This document shows, one piece after another, positions 29,540 to 32,000 of a stretch of 32,000 bases of DNA. Both the position numbers and the translations under genes were made by a program. Numbering within the stretch: the stretch's first letter is position 1; each line of letters opens with the position of its first letter. The stretch is taken from assembly GCF_000015585.1 (NCBI RefSeq), contig NC_008789.1:2550001-2582000 (forward strand). Direction: 5' to 3'. Below the pieces are notes generated by a model. It saw nothing but the letters and a program-made list of their open reading frames with translations. It did not search any database and was not told the DNA's origin. The DNA comes from Halorhodospira halophila SL1. GTDB lineage: Bacteria; Pseudomonadota; Gammaproteobacteria; Nitrococcales; Halorhodospiraceae.

Positions 29540-31453
29540 ATGTCCCACGCCTCCGATCTCATCGAAACCGACATCGAGCGCTACCTCAAGCAGCACGAGC
29601 ACAAGGACCTGCTGCGCTTCATCACCTGCGGCTCGGTGGACGACGGCAAGAGCACCTTCATCGGCCGGCTGCTGCACGACTCGGCGCTGGTCTACGAGGA
29701 TCAACTGGCCGCCGTGCGGCAGGACTCCACCCGCTACGGCACCACCGGCGACGACGTGGACCTGGCGCTGCTCGTCGACGGCCTGCAGTCCGAGCGCGAG
29801 CAGGGCATTACCATCGATGTCGCCTACCGCTACTTCTCCACCGACCGGCGCAAGTTCATCATTGCCGACACCCCGGGCCACGAGCAGTACACCCGCAACA
29901 TGGCCACCGGCGCCTCGACGGCGCAGCTGGCGGTGATCCTGGTCGATGCCCGCCACGGGGTGCAGGTGCAGACCCGGCGGCACAGCTACATCTGCGCCCT
30001 GCTGGGGATCCGCCACGTGCTGCTGGCCGTCAACAAGATGGACCTGGTCGATTGGGATCAGGGCACCTTCGAGGCGATCCGCGACGAGTACACCGCCTTC
30101 GCCCGCCGCCTCGGCATCCCCGATGTGCGCTGCGTGCCGCTGTCCGCGCTCAAGGGGGATAACGTCGTCCACCGCGGCGAGCACCTGCCCTGGTACGACG
30201 GCCCAACGCTCATGGAGCTGCTGGAGACCGTGGAGGCCAAGGCCGACCGCAATCTGCGCGATCTGCGCCTGCCGGTGCAGACTGTGGTCCGCCCCTCCCA
30301 CGACTTCCGCGGCTTCGCCGGCACCCTGGCCGCCGGCACGGTGCGCCCCGGGGACGAGGTCGTGGCCCTGCCTTCCGGGCTGCGCAGCCGCGTGGCGCGC
30401 ATCGTCACCTACGACGGCGACCTCGACGTGGCCTTTCCGCCGCAGTCGGTGACCGTCACCCTGACCGACGAGATCGACGTCTCACGCGGCGATGTCCTGG
30501 CCAGCCCGACCCACCCGGCCACCGTGGACGACACCCTGGATGCGCGCATCGTGTGGATGGCCGAGCAACCGCTGCTGCCCGGACGCCAGTACGACATCAA
30601 GCTGGGCACGGCCACCGTCCCGGCCGTGGTCGAACGGATCCACCACCGCATCGACGTCAACACCCTCGAGCACCACCAGGTGGAGGAACTCGGGCTCAAC
30701 GAGATCGGCCTGTGTCGCGTCCAGCTCTCCGCCCGGGTGCCCTTTGACCCCTACGACGAGATCGCCAACACCGGATCGTTCATCGTCATCGACCGGATGA
30801 GCCTGCACACCGTCGGCGCCGGCATGGTCACCCGCGCGGCAACCGAGGCCGCCGGCGCCGAGACCGATGTCCCGCGCCGCCGGCTGGCCCTGAGCAAGGC
30901 CCAGCGCGCCGGGCAGAAGGGGCAGCGGCCGTGCATCGTCTGGCTCACCGGGCTGTCCGGCTCCGGCAAGTCGAGCCTGGCCAACGCCCTGGAGCAGGCG
31001 CTGTTCCGGCGCGGCTACCACAGCTACCTGATCGACGCGGGCAACGTCCGCCACGGGCTGAGCCACGACCTGGACTTCAGCCGCGACGCGCGGGCCGAGA
31101 ACATCCGCCGCATGGCCGAGACAGCCACCATGTTCGTCGACGCCGGGCTGATCACCGTCTGCGCCAGCCTCTCGCCGTACCGCGACGACCGCGCCATGGT
31201 CCGCGAGCGGGTCGAACCCGGCGAGTTCATCGAGGTGCACGTGGACGCCACCATCGACGCGTGCCGCGCCGCGGACCTGGACGGGCTCTACGCCCGCGCC
31301 GACGCTGGCGAGATCCAGGGCCTGCCCGGTGTGGACATCCCCTACGAGGCGCCGGAACAGCCCGAGGTCCGCGTGGACACGGTGGCCGAGGACCTGGAGA
31401 CCTCGGTGCGCAAGATCCTCACCGCCCTGGAGGAGCGCGGGGTGCTGCGCTAG
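29540..31453 (+). CDS. cysN: Sulfate adenylyltransferase subunit 1 (GTPase) fused to an APS-kinase-like C-terminal domain
   Basis: 637 aa. The GTPase motifs G1 [10 protein letters not shown]3 DTPGHEQY and G4 NKMD are present. From about residue 455 there is a P-loop GLSGSGKSS and APS-kinase-like sequence with divergent motifs (see findings). It starts 2 nt after cysD. Confidence 0.93.
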   Translation: MSHASDLIETDIERYLKQHEHKDLLRFITCGSVDDGKSTFIGRLLHDSALVYEDQLAAVRQDSTRYGTTGDDVDLALLVDGLQSEREQGITIDVAYRYFSTDRRKFIIADTPGHEQYTRNMATGASTAQLAVILVDARHGVQVQTRRHSYICALLGIRHVLLAVNKMDLVDWDQGTFEAIRDEYTAFARRLGIPDVRCVPLSALKGDNVVHRGEHLPWYDGPTLMELLETVEAKADRNLRDLRLPVQTVVRPSHDFRGFAGTLAAGTVRPGDEVVALPSGLRSRVARIVTYDGDLDVAFPPQSVTVTLTDEIDVSRGDVLASPTHPATVDDTLDARIVWMAEQPLLPGRQYDIKLGTATVPAVVERIHHRIDVNTLEHHQVEELGLNEIGLCRVQLSARVPFDPYDEIANTGSFIVIDRMSLHTVGAGMVTRAATEAAGAETDVPRRRLALSKAQRAGQKGQRPCIVWLTGLSGSGKSSLANALEQALFRRGYHSYLIDAGNVRHGLSHDLDFSRDARAENIRRMAETATMFVDAGLITVCASLSPYRDDRAMVRERVEPGEFIEVHVDATIDACRAADLDGLYARADAGEIQGLPGVDIPYEAPEQPEVRVDTVAEDLETSVRKILTALEERGVLR

Positions 31454-31472
31454 CGCAGCCCCCGCCCTCTCC

Positions 31473-32000
31473 TCACCCCTTGAGCACCCCCAGCGGACGC
31501 AGGCGGGCCACCCGGCGGCCAATGCCGGCGTGGGCCACCACGTCCACCACATCGGACACGTCCTTGTACGCCTCGGCCAGCTCCTCGGCCACCGTCTGCC
31601 GGGACGAGGCGCGCACCTCGATACCAGCCTCGGCCAGCTCGGCATCCAAGTCCCGCCCCTCAGCGGCGCGTTTGGCCTGGCGCCGGCTGAGACGGCGTCC
31701 GGCGCCGTGGGCGCAGGAGCCGAAGGTCTCGGCGTAGGCGCCCTGGGTGCCGAGCAGGACGTAGGAGTAGCGGGTCATGTCGCCGGGCAGCAGCACCGGC
31801 TGCCCGAGCCCGCGCAGATCCTCGGGGAGTTCCGGGTGGCCGGGCGGGAAGGCGCGGGTGGCGCCCTTGCGGTGGACGCAGACCTCGCGCTCCTCACCGT
31901 CGACCCGATGGCGCTCGAACTTGGCGATGTTGTGGGAGACGTCGTAGACCAGCTCCAGGTGCGCCTCCTCCCCCAGCACCTCGGCGAAGACCCGGCGCAC
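31473..32000 (-). CDS. rtcB: RNA-splicing ligase RtcB, C-terminal part (5' end lies beyond the window)
   Basis: ...VSHNIAKFE...VHRKGATRAFPPGHPELP...GSCAHGAGR...PLGVLKG. These are the conserved RtcB C-terminal motifs, including the HGAGR catalytic-His region. The frame is open to the window edge. Confidence 0.88.
   Translation of the reverse strand: MRRVFAEVLGEEAHLELVYDVSHNIAKFERHRVDGEEREVCVHRKGATRAFPPGHPELPEDLRGLGQPVLLPGDMTRYSYVLLGTQGAYAETFGSCAHGAGRRLSRRQAKRAAEGRDLDAELAEAGIEVRASSRQTVAEELAEAYKDVSDVVDVVAHAGIGRRVARLRPLGVLKG

Overview
This is a high-GC, gene-dense chromosomal core region with gammaproteobacterial gene order (dprA-smg-topA, aroQ-accB-accC, cutA-dsbD, groES-groEL, folB-folK, glnE, cysD-cysN). 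I can support about 33 protein-coding genes, nearly all recognisable housekeeping genes. They cover DNA topology, t6A and CCA tRNA maturation, lipid and fatty-acid initiation, chaperonins, folate synthesis, nitrogen regulation and sulfate activation. I found no rRNA, tRNA, CRISPR array, transposase, integrase or phage gene. The many long ORFs lying antisense to or overlapping these genes are Arg/Pro/Gly/Ala-rich high-GC artefacts. The clearest non-coding features are a perfect CIRCE (HrcA) operator fused to a sigma70-type promoter upstream of groESL, and a strong rho-independent terminator after groEL. I see no convincing self-contained novel multi-gene system. The best candidates for follow-up are: (1) the compositionally atypical patch at 17.8-21.8 kb, which holds an ORFan with a ParB/sulfiredoxin-like GGxHR motif, lpxL, and a tightly linked pair of an ICMT/LmtA-like membrane methyltransferase and a minimal Kdo/WaaP/RIO-like kinase, possibly an envelope (lipid A/LPS) modification module; (2) the sulfate-activation neighbourhood, with a canonical stand-alone cysC coupled to an SLC13/TrkA-C permease, a CysN fusion whose APS-kinase-like domain has lost several conserved motif residues, and an orphan AbrB-like gene divergent from cysDN; (3) homologues of the mitochondrial complex I factors NDUFAF7 and NDUFA9 flanking cca. 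All family assignments come from reading the translations and recalling family motifs. No database search was run.
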